A stretch of DNA of 64,000 nt from Rickettsiales bacterium (lineage in GTDB: Bacteria > Pseudomonadota > Alphaproteobacteria > Rickettsiales > SXRF01). Numbering within the stretch: position 1 is the first letter of the stretch; each line of letters starts with the position of its first letter. Positions 1 to 9,793 of this stretch are shown piece by piece. The notes beneath the pieces were generated by a model, which saw only the letters and a program-made list of their open reading frames with translations, made no database searches and was not told the origin of the DNA. Position numbers and translations under genes: made by a program. The stretch covers positions 254,971-318,970 of the forward strand of contig JAJTHB010000005.1 of the NCBI GenBank assembly GCA_021299465.1, given 5' to 3'.

Positions 1-50
1 GGGGCCTAGCATTATTTTGGCAGCGCTGGCTTGCTTTATTGTTTCGCGCC

Positions 51-839
51 TCAAGCCAGTTCCGCGATAAGCGGGACATGGTCGGACGGCGAGTCCCAAT
101 CGCGCGCATGGCGGAGTGTTTCATACGATTTGAGCGAAGCTTTGAGCGCAGGCGTGACCCAGATATGATCCAGCCTGCGGCCACGATCAGATTTTTTCCA
201 GTCGCGATTACGATAGCTCCACCAGCTATAGAGTTTTTCCGGCTGCGGAATGAAATGCCTGCCGGCATCACACCAGCCAGTTATTTCAAGTAATTTTGTC
301 AGGCGCTCGCGTTCTGGCGCGGTATGGCTGACCACATCGCGCAGTTGCTTCGACGACCAGACATCGTGCTCCAGCGGCGCGATGTTTAAATCACCGACTA
401 GAATAATTTTTTGTTTTTTGTTTAGCGATGACGACCAGTCCTTCATCGCATCCACGAAATCAAGTTTAAAGCCGTAGGCTGGGTTTTGCTCGCGGTCAGG
501 AATATCCCCGCCGGCCGGCACATAATAATTATGAACCGTGATATCATTGGGTAATGTCGCGGAGATGTGGCGCTTGTGATCCGAGCCTTTTACAACCGGC
601 ATGCACTCAATATTCGAAAGTGGTAATTTGGATAATATCGCCACACCGTTATAGCTTTTCTGGCCTGAAAAAGCGATATGAGGAAAGCCAAGTGCCTTAA
701 GCGATTCTAAAGGAAAGCTCGTATCCTCTACTTTGGTTTCCTGCAGGCAAACAACGTCCGGCCTTGCCTCATCCACCAGCTTTTTCAGCTGAGCGAGGCG
801 GATACGTACTGAGTTGATATTCCAAGTTGCGATGCGCAT
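51..839 (-). CDS. xth: Exodeoxyribonuclease III (AP endonuclease)
   Basis: MRIATWNINS, CLQETK, GDLNIA, YSWWSYR, RLDHIW and SDHVP motifs; start set at ATG 839. Confidence 0.95.
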   Translation of the reverse strand: MRIATWNINSVRIRLAQLKKLVDEARPDVVCLQETKVEDTSFPLESLKALGFPHIAFSGQKSYNGVAILSKLPLSNIECMPVVKGSDHKRHISATLPNDITVHNYYVPAGGDIPDREQNPAYGFKLDFVDAMKDWSSSLNKKQKIILVGDLNIAPLEHDVWSSKQLRDVVSHTAPERERLTKLLEITGWCDAGRHFIPQPEKLYSWWSYRNRDWKKSDRGRRLDHIWVTPALKASLKSYETLRHARDWDSPSDHVPLIAELA

Positions 840-875
840 GTTGTGTCCTATACTGCTGGTATGGCTGATATACAA
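827..875. promoter_or_regulatory. Overlapping divergent sigma70-type promoters for ubiH (+) and xth (-)
   Basis: + strand TTGCGA(827-832)-N16-TATACT(849-854); - strand TTGTAT(875-870)-N17-TATAGG(852-847); each -10 is 6-7 nt from its ATG. Confidence 0.6.
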
Positions 876-2096
876 TTAGAATACGATATTGCGATTGTCG
901 GTGGCGGCATGGTCGGTATGAGCCTTGCTATCGGCTGCGCGCGCATGGGGCTTCGCGTGGCGCTCGTTGATCGAGCTGAACTAAACTCACAACTTGATGA
1001 GCAATATGATGGCAGGGTGAGTGCGATCGCGCGTGGATCAGCATTGATTTTAGATAGCATCGGTGCTTGGCAGGAGATGGTGTCATATGGCGAACCGATT
1101 CTAGATATTCGCGTGTCGGATGATAATGCGCCGGTCTTTTTGCATTACGACCACAAAGAAGTCGGCAGCGAGCCATTTGGGCATATCATCGAAAATCGTC
1201 ATATTCGCCTTGCCTTACATACGCTGGCAGCACGTTATGCCAACCTGCATCGTTTAGACAAAACCAAGGTGGAATCACTTCTGCTGGAGTCGCAAGCGGC
1301 GACGATTAGAATTTCTGGCGCTCACGAAGGCGAGATACGCGCTCGTATCGTGATTGCAACGGACGGAAAAAATTCTCAGCTTCGCGCTATGGCTGGTATT
1401 GACGTGACAAAGTGGGGCTACGAACAAACAGCTATCGTGACCACCATCACGCACGAGCGCCCGCACTCAGGATTAGCTCAGGAGCGCTTTCTACCAGCCG
1501 GGCCATTTGCTGTACTGCCCATGAAGGGCAATCGATCATCGCTGGTTTGGGTTGAACCCAATGAAAGAGCAGGTCTTTATATGGAGCTTAGCGAGGATGA
1601 GTTCATTCAGGAAATTGCCGAACGCGTAGGGGATTATCTTGGTGCTATTACCGGCGCGTCACATCGATTTACCTACCCACTCTCACTGCTTCATGCAAAA
1701 AAATACACGGCTGAACGCTTTGCTTTGGCCGGTGATGCAGCGCATGGGATGCACCCGATTGCAGGACAAGGCGTCAATCTTGGCTTTAGGGATGTTGGGG
1801 TTTTGCTTGAACTGATAGAAAAGCAGGCAAAACTTGGCCTTGATATAGGTTCATCAATCATGCTTTCGCATTACGAGCGCTGGCGTGCCTTTGACAATGT
1901 TGCTATGCTCGCCGCAACAGACTCCATTAATCGGCTGTTTAGTAATAATATTATACCATTTCAGGCTGCCCGCCGATTTGGGCTTTGGGGTGTAAGTAAG
2001 TTGCCACCGCTTAAACGATTTTTTATGAAGCATGCCATGGGTTTGGTTGGCGATTTGCCTGAGTCTGTAAAGAAAAGCGCTGATAATCATAAATAA
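861..2096 (+). CDS. ubiH: UbiH/UbiF/VisC/COQ6-family FAD-dependent ubiquinone biosynthesis hydroxylase
   Basis: IVGGGMVG Rossmann motif, TDGKNS, GDAAHGMHPIAGQGVNLGFRD. Confidence 0.85.
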   Translation: MADIQLEYDIAIVGGGMVGMSLAIGCARMGLRVALVDRAELNSQLDEQYDGRVSAIARGSALILDSIGAWQEMVSYGEPILDIRVSDDNAPVFLHYDHKEVGSEPFGHIIENRHIRLALHTLAARYANLHRLDKTKVESLLLESQAATIRISGAHEGEIRARIVIATDGKNSQLRAMAGIDVTKWGYEQTAIVTTITHERPHSGLAQERFLPAGPFAVLPMKGNRSSLVWVEPNERAGLYMELSEDEFIQEIAERVGDYLGAITGASHRFTYPLSLLHAKKYTAERFALAGDAAHGMHPIAGQGVNLGFRDVGVLLELIEKQAKLGLDIGSSIMLSHYERWRAFDNVAMLAATDSINRLFSNNIIPFQAARRFGLWGVSKLPPLKRFFMKHAMGLVGDLPESVKKSADNHK

Positions 2097-2184
2097 AAGG
2101 CATTTTTCCTAATCTCATACTAAAAATTAACATTATTTCACTATCCTTACGATTATCACTAGTCGAATCAGGAGGGTGGCTCTA

Positions 2185-2535
2185 ATGCAGAACGCTGGTT
2201 TAACCGTTGCGTTTGGTAAGCGATTTGGAGATGGTTTTACTGAGACCATTAGCCAAGAAAAAAACCGCCGTATCGCAAGCGAATCACTGCGCGATTTGAT
2301 GCTCTTTAACAATGCGCTTGAAACAGAGATACGTAAAATCACGTCTGAGATGGATAAAGGCCGTTCAATTGACCAGAAAATGCTTGATCTGATGTGTGGT
2401 GTTAAAGAAAAATATAATTACGCTATGAGTGGTATGAAAGCCCTTGATGAAGATATGGAGCGTTACGCACTGTGCGCACTTGCTGATGCGATTCAAGATT
2501 TAATGTATTACGTGCATAACCATAGAAAGCACTAA
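2185..2535 (+). CDS. Hypothetical helical protein
   Basis: 116-aa ORF with GGAGG RBS at 2171-2175; no recognised motif. Confidence 0.6.
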   Translation: MQNAGLTVAFGKRFGDGFTETISQEKNRRIASESLRDLMLFNNALETEIRKITSEMDKGRSIDQKMLDLMCGVKEKYNYAMSGMKALDEDMERYALCALADAIQDLMYYVHNHRKH

Positions 2536-2538
2536 GTT

Positions 2539-2709
2539 ATGACTGATCCTTTTTTTATTACTATTGCGAAAACAGGCTGGCGCGGAGCGCATGATCTCCA
2601 GCAAGAAGGTGTGCTTCCAGCTGCTATGGCTATGGCAAGAAACGAGCCATCCATTGAGCAATCACGAGGAGACATGCCACAGGCTCATTCACGCGGCTGG
2701 TCTCGTTAA
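2539..2709 (+). CDS. Putative 56-aa small protein (below ORF-track cutoff)
   Basis: MTDPFFITIAKTGWRGAHDLQQEGVLPAAMAMARNEPSIEQSRGDMPQAHSRGWSR; starts 3 nt after the previous stop and exactly fills the gap to the convergent gene. Confidence 0.4.
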   Translation: MTDPFFITIAKTGWRGAHDLQQEGVLPAAMAMARNEPSIEQSRGDMPQAHSRGWSR

Positions 2710-2880
2710 TTAGAGCTTGCGGGCTTCTTCAACAAGCATCACCGGTATTCCCTCGCGAATCGGATAGGCGAGTTTAGCACTTTCGCTGATGAGCTCTTGC
2801 GAAACCGCATCGTAACGAAGTGTGCCCTTAGTGGCAGGGCAAACCAGTATTTCCAGAAGTTTTGGATCAATCGCGGACAT
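2710..2880 (-). CDS. Trm112-like (YcaR/UPF0434) protein
   Basis: [18 protein letters not shown]...[18 protein letters not shown]. Confidence 0.9.
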   Translation of the reverse strand: MSAIDPKLLEILVCPATKGTLRYDAVSQELISESAKLAYPIREGIPVMLVEEARKL

Positions 2881-2921
2881 ATTGTTCAATGCATCAGCCA
2901 TCCGTATCTTTTAGGGAAGGA

Positions 2922-2996
<75 letters not shown>

Positions 2997-3016
2997 ATTT
3001 AAAAAAACGAAGCCGG

Positions 3017-3044
3017 ATCATATGCATTTTATTTCACAATGCAA
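3017..3044 (-). promoter_or_regulatory. Putative sigma70 promoter of tRNA-Gly
   Basis: TTGCAT-N16-TATGAT about 20 nt upstream of the tRNA 5' end. Confidence 0.55.
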
Positions 3045-3073
3045 GTGCTACCTTTAAACTTCATTTAAAATGA

Positions 3074-3292
3074 CTATTTTGCTTGATCTGCCGTAGTATC
3101 TTCTGGAATCGAAGGAACGGTTGTCGTTGCCTGTTTGGCGGCATCGCTAACTGTTTTTCCAACCATTCCATGGGTTGGCAAAGCGGAACCGCTAGCTTGC
3201 TGGGCAGCGCGATGATCATTGCCTCCAAATGCCCACAAGATCAGCCCAACAACAACGACCAAAACAAAGAAAAAAACTTTTCTGAGATCCAT
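3074..3292 (-). CDS. Small membrane-anchored hypothetical protein
   Basis: N-terminal hydrophobic helix plus A/T/Q-rich tail; GGGAG RBS upstream. Confidence 0.65.
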   Translation of the reverse strand: MDLRKVFFFVLVVVVGLILWAFGGNDHRAAQQASGSALPTHGMVGKTVSDAAKQATTTVPSIPEDTTADQAK

Positions 3293-3368
3293 GACTACTC
3301 CCGATTTTTTTAAACATGTCCATGAAATACATTGTGAATCAAGAAAAAAATCTTTCCTTATAAAACGC

Positions 3369-3397
3369 TTGAAATTCCTTGTGTAAATGGGTATATT
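3369..3397 (+). promoter_or_regulatory. Promoter of the rimP-nusA-infB operon
   Basis: TTGAAA-N17-TATATT. Confidence 0.7.
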
Positions 3398-3406
3398 CCG
3401 CGCTAT

Positions 3407-3433
3407 AAAAGGTGGGCCGTTGCCCGCCTTTTT
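3407..3433 (+). terminator. rimP leader attenuator-like hairpin
   Basis: AAAAGGTGGGC-CGTT-GCCCGCCTTTTT between the promoter and the rimP ATG. Confidence 0.7.
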
Positions 3434-3444
3434 ATTTGGATACT

Positions 3445-3948
3445 ATGGAACTCGCAAAAAAAATTACCGACATTATCGAGCCATCGCTGGAAGCGATGGG
3501 TTATTGTCTTGTTCAGGTTAAGCTTACAGATCAAGCGAAACGTAAGACACTATCGGTGATGGCAGAGCGCAGCGATGGCACTCCCATGAGCTTCGACGAT
3601 TGCACAGAGATTAGCCGCATTGCAGGCGCGCTTCTTGAAGTGGAAGACCCCATTACCACCGCGTATGACCTTGAGGTATGCTCGCCTGGCACGGATCGTC
3701 CACTGACCAAGATTGAAGATTTCAGCAAATATTGCGGCGATGAGGCTAAAATTGAACTCATGATTCCGCTCTCAGGTGGCAGGCGCAGAATGCGCGGCAT
3801 GATTGAATCAGTAAAGGGAAATGAAATCAGTGTTGCATTGGTTGACGCGAAAGAAACAGTGAAGATTGATTTTGCTAACATTCGTTCGGCAAAATTATTG
3901 CCACCAACGGTCGCGCCGAATGCAAAAAAGAAATTAGGAAAAAAATAA
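3445..3948 (+). CDS. rimP: Ribosome maturation factor RimP
   Basis: DDCTEISR, YDLEVCSPGTDRPL; upstream of nusA. Confidence 0.93.
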   Translation: MELAKKITDIIEPSLEAMGYCLVQVKLTDQAKRKTLSVMAERSDGTPMSFDDCTEISRIAGALLEVEDPITTAYDLEVCSPGTDRPLTKIEDFSKYCGDEAKIELMIPLSGGRRRMRGMIESVKGNEISVALVDAKETVKIDFANIRSAKLLPPTVAPNAKKKLGKK

Positions 3949-3967
3949 CTTAAGAAGGAATGATATT

Positions 3968-5503
3968 ATGAGCGCAACGCAAGCCATTTACGGCAGCACC
4001 GAACTCCTGCAGATCGCCGACGCGGTGGCAAGAGAAAAGGGACTTTCCAAGGATTCTGTTCTGGAAGCAATGGAGCAGGCCATTCAGACGGCAGGTCGCC
4101 GTAAGTATGGCCATGAGCATCATATTCGCGCTGAGATCGATAAGAAAAATGGCGAGATCAAAATGTATCGTGTGCGCACAGTTGTGGACAGCATGCCAGA
4201 ACCTGAGGGCGAAGAAGATGAAGTGCAAACTGGCGCTTACATTTTGCTTAAAGATGCAAAGAAAATTGACAAAACGTTGGAAGTGGGCAGCGAGATTAAA
4301 GATCTGCTGCCTCCGATTGACTTTGGCCGCGTTGCTGCGCAAACCGCAAAGCAGGTGGTGCTCCAAAAAGTGCGTGATGCTGAGCGCGAAAAACAATTTG
4401 AAGAGTTTAAAGACAAAGTTGGCGAGATCGTCAGCGGCGTTGTTAAACGGGTTGAGTATGGCAACGTGATTGTAGATTTCGGTCGGACCGAAGCGATGAT
4501 CCGCCGTGATGAGCTGATCCCACGCGAAGTATTCCGTGTTGGTGATCGTATCCGCGCTTACATCTTTGATGTGCGCCGTGAAAAATCTGGCCCACAGATC
4601 TTCCTGTCGCGTATTCACCCTGATTTTCTTGGTAAACTTTTCGCTCAGGAAGTGCCAGAGATTTACGATGGCATTATTGAAATCAAGGCTATTGCACGCG
4701 ATCCTGGTTCACGCGCAAAATTCGGCGTTTTTTCGAAAGATCCCAGTGTTAATCCGGTTCTTTCCTGCGTTGGTGTGCGTGGTTCACGTGTGCAGGCAGT
4801 AGTGAATGAGCTGCAGGGTGAAAAGATTGACATCGTGCCGTGGTCGCCCGATCCCGCGACCTTTGTGGTCAATGCGCTTTCTTCGGCGGAAGTATCGAAA
4901 GTCGTGATTGATGAAAACAAAAACCGCATTGAAGTCGTTGTACCTGATGATCAGCTATCGCTGGCGATTGGTCGTCGCGGTCAAAATGTTCGCCTTGCAT
5001 CGCAGCTTGTCGGCTGGAGCATTGATATCCTAACCGAGGCAACTGAATCCGAGCGCCGCGCTGAAGAATTCAAAACACTTTCTGAGCTTTTCATTGAAGC
5101 GCTTAATGTTGAAGAGGTGATTGCCCAGCTTCTCGTTACAGAAGGTTTCACTTCGATCGAAGAAGTGGCGTTTATACCAATCGAGGATCTCGCAAGTATT
5201 GAGGGATTTGATGAGGGTGTAGCGCAGGAACTTCACGAGCGTGCAGAAAATTACCTTCTAACCAAGCAAAAAGAAAACGAAGAAAAGCTTTCAAAACTTG
5301 GCATGAACGAAACGCTCATCAGTTTTGAAGGCCTCAAGCAGGAATGGCTTGAAAAACTTGGTGAAGCAAAGGTGCTAACGCTTGATGATTTTGCAGATCT
5401 TTCTTCTTCTGAACTTGTTGAAATTCTTGGCAGTGGCCAGATTTCAATGGAAGACGCGGGCGGGATGATCATGAAAGCGCGTGCCGGTTGGTTTGAACAA
5501 TAA
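3968..5503 (+). CDS. nusA: Transcription termination factor NusA
   Basis: FGRVAAQTAKQV, S1 and KH domains, ARDPGSRAK, LAIGRRGQNVRLAS. Confidence 0.98.
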   Translation: MSATQAIYGSTELLQIADAVAREKGLSKDSVLEAMEQAIQTAGRRKYGHEHHIRAEIDKKNGEIKMYRVRTVVDSMPEPEGEEDEVQTGAYILLKDAKKIDKTLEVGSEIKDLLPPIDFGRVAAQTAKQVVLQKVRDAEREKQFEEFKDKVGEIVSGVVKRVEYGNVIVDFGRTEAMIRRDELIPREVFRVGDRIRAYIFDVRREKSGPQIFLSRIHPDFLGKLFAQEVPEIYDGIIEIKAIARDPGSRAKFGVFSKDPSVNPVLSCVGVRGSRVQAVVNELQGEKIDIVPWSPDPATFVVNALSSAEVSKVVIDENKNRIEVVVPDDQLSLAIGRRGQNVRLASQLVGWSIDILTEATESERRAEEFKTLSELFIEALNVEEVIAQLLVTEGFTSIEEVAFIPIEDLASIEGFDEGVAQELHERAENYLLTKQKENEEKLSKLGMNETLISFEGLKQEWLEKLGEAKVLTLDDFADLSSSELVEILGSGQISMEDAGGMIMKARAGWFEQ

Positions 5504-5511
5504 AAACTGAA

Positions 5512-5580
5512 GTTAGAGCAGCTAGAGTTTAGGAAATAAGCCGATTTCATTACCTATACTCTAGACTCTAAGACCTAAAC
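5512..5580. repeat. Heptamer-periodic palindromic repeat
   Basis: Left arm ttagagca-gctagag-tttagga; right arm cctatac-tctagac-tctaaga-cctaaac; arms are imperfectly complementary. Confidence 0.65.
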
Positions 5581-5596
5581 ACTTTATAAGCACCCC

Positions 5597-8083
5597 ATGA
5601 CAGACAGTAACGATACCATGAAAAAAGAGACCCTAAAGGTTGCCAACCCTGGTCGCTTGCAGCTGACGAAAACAGTTGAAAGCGGTAAGGTGAAGCAGAA
5701 TTTCACCCATGGCCGCTCAAAAACGGTGACGGTTGAAGTTCGTAAAACGCGTACCTTTGCGCAAGGTGCCGCAGGCATGGTGGAGGTTAAGGCAGGCTCT
5801 GGTTCGGCGGGTGCATTTGATGATGAATCGCTCAGGCATTTAACGCCAGAGGAGCGTCAGTCTCGCTTAAAAGCGCTGAAAATCGCTGAGGAGCAAATGA
5901 AGCTTGCGACCGAGCAGGCCAAATTAAAACCCGTCGCTGAAGCGCCTGCATCTGTGCAGCCAGTTATTGAGCGCGATGAGGATCTTGCGGATGCATCAGG
6001 GATTGTAAAACCTAAAAAACCGATCATTCCGGCTAAAGATTCAAAAAAACCAGCGGCTACTAACCCGGCAGCTGTCGCGCCGCAACCGATTAAGCCGATT
6101 GGCAAAACCTATATTGGCGACGAAGAAGTTTCATCAGAAAAACCGGCCAAAGGGGGCAAGCTCAAGCTCAAAGGGACTGAAGACCGCTGGTCATCTGGCA
6201 AGATCACCGTACAAAACGCTCTTTCCAGTTTGGAAGATCAGCGTGTTCGGTCGCTCGCATCCATGCGACGTCAGCGTGAAAAGGCCATCAAAAAAGCCGC
6301 AGGCGTTCAGCAAAGCACTGAAAAAGTTATTCGTGAAGTGGTCATTCCGGAGGCAATTACGGTTCAGGAGCTATCCAACCGTATGGCTGAGCGCGTGGTT
6401 GATGTTATCAAAACCCTGATGAAGCTTGGCATGATGGTTACCGCGACCCAATCGATCGATGCGGATACAGCCGAGCTGGTGGTCGGTGAATTTGGCCATA
6501 AATTTAAACGCGTGACCGAAGGCGATGTTGAAAATGTTCTGAAGAACGATGAAGAAGAAGATGCATCGCTCTTGATCGATAGACCGCCGGTTGTGACGAT
6601 CATGGGCCATGTCGATCATGGAAAAACCTCGCTATTAGATGCACTACGTAAAACAAATGTGGTGGAAGGTGAGGCGGGTGGGATTACTCAGCATATTGGC
6701 GCCTACCAGGTGGAAGTTGCCAGCGGCCAGAAAGTTACTTTTCTTGATACACCAGGCCATGAGGCCTTCACCGCTATGCGCGCGCGCGGCGCGAAGATTA
6801 CCGACATCGTCGTTCTGGTCGTTGCCGCAGATGACGGCATCATGGAACAGACCAAAGAAGCTATCAGCCATGCTAAGGCAGCGGGTGCACCCATTGTTGT
6901 GGCGGTCAACAAAATTGACAAGCCAGGCGCAGATTCATCTCGCGTGAAGCAGGAACTGATGCAATATGAATTGATACCGGAAGAATTTGGCGGCGAGACG
7001 ATGGTCGTTGAAGTGTCAGCAAAAACTGGCCAGAACCTTGATAAGCTCGTGGAAACCCTCTTGTTACAAGCGGAAGTTTTGGAGCTTAAATCCAATCCAA
7101 ATCGTGTCGCAAGTGGTGTTGTCGTCGAAGCTAAACTTGATCAGGGCAAAGGTGTGGTCACCACACTCCTCATTCAAAAAGGCACGCTTAAGTCTGGTGA
7201 TATTGTGGTCGCTGGTCCGGCTTATGGCCGTGTGCGTAGTATCATTGACGATAAAGGCCAGGCGATTAAAGAAGCCACGCCAGGTATGCCGGCCATGATT
7301 CTTGGTCTCAGCCAGGCGCCTGAAGCAGGCGATGTATTCTCGGTGGTTGAAAATGAAAAAACCGCACGTGATATCGCGGAATATCGCGCTCGTCGTATAC
7401 GCGAACAAGCGGTTGTTGCTTCAGCACGCACGATTGATAATCTATTTGGTGCTGCTGCTGGCACAAACGCAAAAGAACTTGCCGTCATTATTAAAGGCGA
7501 TGTTCAGGGATCAGTAGAGGCGATTGCAGGTTCTGTTGCAAAATACTCGTGTGATGAGGTGGCTGTAAAAGTGCTTCATAGCGGTGTTGGTGCGATCACA
7601 GAGTCAGATGTCACGCTTTCGAAGGCAACCGGCGCTATGGTGATTGCCTTTAACGTACGCGCTGCGCCTAAAGCCAAAGAAATGGCAGCCAAGGATAAAA
7701 TTACTATTCGCTACTACTCGGTTATTTACGATGTGGTCGATGATGTGAAGGCAGCGCTTTCGGGTATGCTATCTCCGACCAAACGTGAGAACTTCCTCGG
7801 ATACGCTGAGATTCGCGAAATATTCAATATCAGCAAAGCAGGCAAAGTTGCGGGCTGTATGGTCACCGACGGCGTCATCAAGCGCGGCTGTAAGGTTCGC
7901 TTGCTTCGTGACAACGTGGTGATTCATGAAGGCACGCTTAAAACCCTGAAGCGCTTCAAAGACGAAGTTAAAGAAGTGAAGGGTGGTATGGAGTGCGGCA
8001 TGGCATTTGATAACTATGAAGATATTCGCCAGGGCGATCAGATCGAATGTTTCGAGGTCGAAGAATTGGCGAGAACCGTTTAG
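5597..8083 (+). CDS. infB: Translation initiation factor IF-2
   Basis: [38 protein letters not shown]. Confidence 0.99.
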   Translation: MTDSNDTMKKETLKVANPGRLQLTKTVESGKVKQNFTHGRSKTVTVEVRKTRTFAQGAAGMVEVKAGSGSAGAFDDESLRHLTPEERQSRLKALKIAEEQMKLATEQAKLKPVAEAPASVQPVIERDEDLADASGIVKPKKPIIPAKDSKKPAATNPAAVAPQPIKPIGKTYIGDEEVSSEKPAKGGKLKLKGTEDRWSSGKITVQNALSSLEDQRVRSLASMRRQREKAIKKAAGVQQSTEKVIREVVIPEAITVQELSNRMAERVVDVIKTLMKLGMMVTATQSIDADTAELVVGEFGHKFKRVTEGDVENVLKNDEEEDASLLIDRPPVVTIMGHVDHGKTSLLDALRKTNVVEGEAGGITQHIGAYQVEVASGQKVTFLDTPGHEAFTAMRARGAKITDIVVLVVAADDGIMEQTKEAISHAKAAGAPIVVAVNKIDKPGADSSRVKQELMQYELIPEEFGGETMVVEVSAKTGQNLDKLVETLLLQAEVLELKSNPNRVASGVVVEAKLDQGKGVVTTLLIQKGTLKSGDIVVAGPAYGRVRSIIDDKGQAIKEATPGMPAMILGLSQAPEAGDVFSVVENEKTARDIAEYRARRIREQAVVASARTIDNLFGAAAGTNAKELAVIIKGDVQGSVEAIAGSVAKYSCDEVAVKVLHSGVGAITESDVTLSKATGAMVIAFNVRAAPKAKEMAAKDKITIRYYSVIYDVVDDVKAALSGMLSPTKRENFLGYAEIREIFNISKAGKVAGCMVTDGVIKRGCKVRLLRDNVVIHEGTLKTLKRFKDEVKEVKGGMECGMAFDNYEDIRQGDQIECFEVEELARTV

Positions 8084-8118
8084 GCTTATTGCTCGATTCT
8101 CTAATCATCTGATCTCAT

Positions 8119-8526
8119 ATGACTAAGCTTCATGATCTGTTCTCAAGCAAATCTTCCGGCAATCAGCGGCCGCTTCGCGTTGCAGAAGAAATTCGTCATG
8201 CCATCTCTGAAGTTCTGATTCGCGGCGAAGTTCACTCCGTGGAATTGATGGGAGCTTCAATTACCGTCTCCGAGGTTCGTATCGGTGCGGATATGAAGAA
8301 CGCAAGTGTTTACATCATGCCACTTAATGGCGAAATGAAAGAAGAACGCTTAGAGGCGCTTCGCACGGCTGCCCCTGAAATTCGTTATCTTGTCTCCAAA
8401 AAGGTTAAGCTTCGCTATATGCCGAAGCTTCATTTTGCGCTGGATAATTCCTTTGAAGAGGCTCAACGCATCAATAGCTTGCTTCAAAAACCCGAAGTAA
8501 TTCGTGATCTGAATAACAAACCCTGA
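8119..8526 (+). CDS. rbfA: Ribosome-binding factor A
   Basis: QRPLRVAEEIR, LRYMPKLHF; follows infB. Confidence 0.93.
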   Translation: MTKLHDLFSSKSSGNQRPLRVAEEIRHAISEVLIRGEVHSVELMGASITVSEVRIGADMKNASVYIMPLNGEMKEERLEALRTAAPEIRYLVSKKVKLRYMPKLHFALDNSFEEAQRINSLLQKPEVIRDLNNKP

Positions 8527-8602
8527 TGATCAGCTATTATTGATAGAGTAATTTTCATGCTCGGTTTTTTAAAAGCGGTTTGTAATTTCACAAAACCAAC
8601 AG

Positions 8603-9475
8603 ATGCGTAATGCAATTAATGGTTGGCTTATCCTTGATAAGCCTGTTGGCATGACATCAGCGCAAGCGGTGGCAAGAGTTAAGCGTATCTTGAAGCCACA
8701 GAAGATTGGCCATGCCGGAACACTGGATCCACTGGCATCAGGTGTATTGCCGCTTGCATTGGGAGAGGCGACCAAGACCGTCAATTATATGATGGATGCA
8801 TCGAAAAGCTATGCATTCACGGTATCGTGGGGCGCGGAAACAACAACGGATGATAAGGAAGGTAGCGTTACCCATTTTTCGCAAAAGCGGCCTTCTGAAG
8901 ATGAAATTCGTTCAATTTTGCCGCAGTTTATTGGCGATATTATTCAAACGCCACCTCAGTTCAGCGCCCTGAAAGTTGATGGCAAACGAGCCTATGATCT
9001 GGCGCGCGCAGGCCAAGAAGTGGAGATTAAGCCACGACAAGTACGGGTTAATAACCTTATTTTGAATAAGCATCAGGGCGATACAGATTTTATCTGCCAT
9101 TGCGGCAAAGGCACCTACATTCGTTCACTCGGTCGTGATATGGGGCGCCTACTCGGCTGCTATGGCCATATCAGCTATCTTAGGCGCTTGAAAGTCGGTC
9201 AATTTGAAGAAAATCATGCGATTTCACTGGAAAAGCTCGAAGAAATGGTGCATAAGGGCGACCTTGGTTTTATGAGGTCGGTGGCTTCTGCGCTGGACGA
9301 CATCCCGGCAGTTTCCGTCACCTCCCACCAGTCTGCATTGCTTAAGGCTGGGCAGTTCGTTTCCACGGATCGTCCGAACATGGATTCAGCTGCTGCTTTT
9401 GAGCAAGATAGGCTGGTTGCCATCGTTTCGGTGGGGGGCAACCTGATGAAACCAAAACGTGTATTTCATCTATAA
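8603..9475 (+). CDS. truB: tRNA pseudouridine(55) synthase
   Basis: KIGHAGTLDPLASGVL, GKGTYIRSLGRD. Confidence 0.97.
   Translation: MRNAINGWLILDKPVGMTSAQAVARVKRILKPQKIGHAGTLDPLASGVLPLALGEATKTVNYMMDASKSYAFTVSWGAETTTDDKEGSVTHFSQKRPSEDEIRSILPQFIGDIIQTPPQFSALKVDGKRAYDLARAGQEVEIKPRQVRVNNLILNKHQGDTDFICHCGKGTYIRSLGRDMGRLLGCYGHISYLRRLKVGQFEENHAISLEKLEEMVHKGDLGFMRSVASALDDIPAVSVTSHQSALLKAGQFVSTDRPNMDSAAAFEQDRLVAIVSVGGNLMKPKRVFHL
9228..9309 (+). promoter_or_regulatory. Putative rpsO promoter and leader hairpins embedded in truB
   Basis: TGGAAA(9228)-N17-CATAAG(9251); hairpins CGACCT..AGGTCG (9259-9280) and GCTGG-ACGACATC-CCGGC (9292-9309). Confidence 0.4.
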
Positions 9476-9493
9476 CCTGAAAGGAAAGCTACG

Positions 9494-9793
9494 ATGTCGC
9501 GTAAAGCTACTGCAAAAAACAAGGAAGCGGTAAAAATCGTTTCTAAAGAAGATATTATTAAACAAAATGCCACTAGCAAGGGTGATACTGGTTCACCAGA
9601 AGTACAGGTTGCACTGCTCACGGATCGCATCAACCAGCTGACTTCGCATTTTGAAACCCACAAAAAAGACCATCATTCACGCCGCGGGCTACTCATTTTG
9701 GTTGGCCGTCGCCGTCGTTTGCTTGATTATTTGAAGAGCAAAGATGTCGCGCGTTATGAAGGTCTGATTAAGAAACTCAATATCCGCAAATAA
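9494..9793 (+). CDS. rpsO: 30S ribosomal protein S15 (N-terminally extended)
   Basis: [26 protein letters not shown]; GAAAGGA RBS. Confidence 0.97.
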   Translation: MSRKATAKNKEAVKIVSKEDIIKQNATSKGDTGSPEVQVALLTDRINQLTSHFETHKKDHHSRRGLLILVGRRRRLLDYLKSKDVARYEGLIKKLNIRK

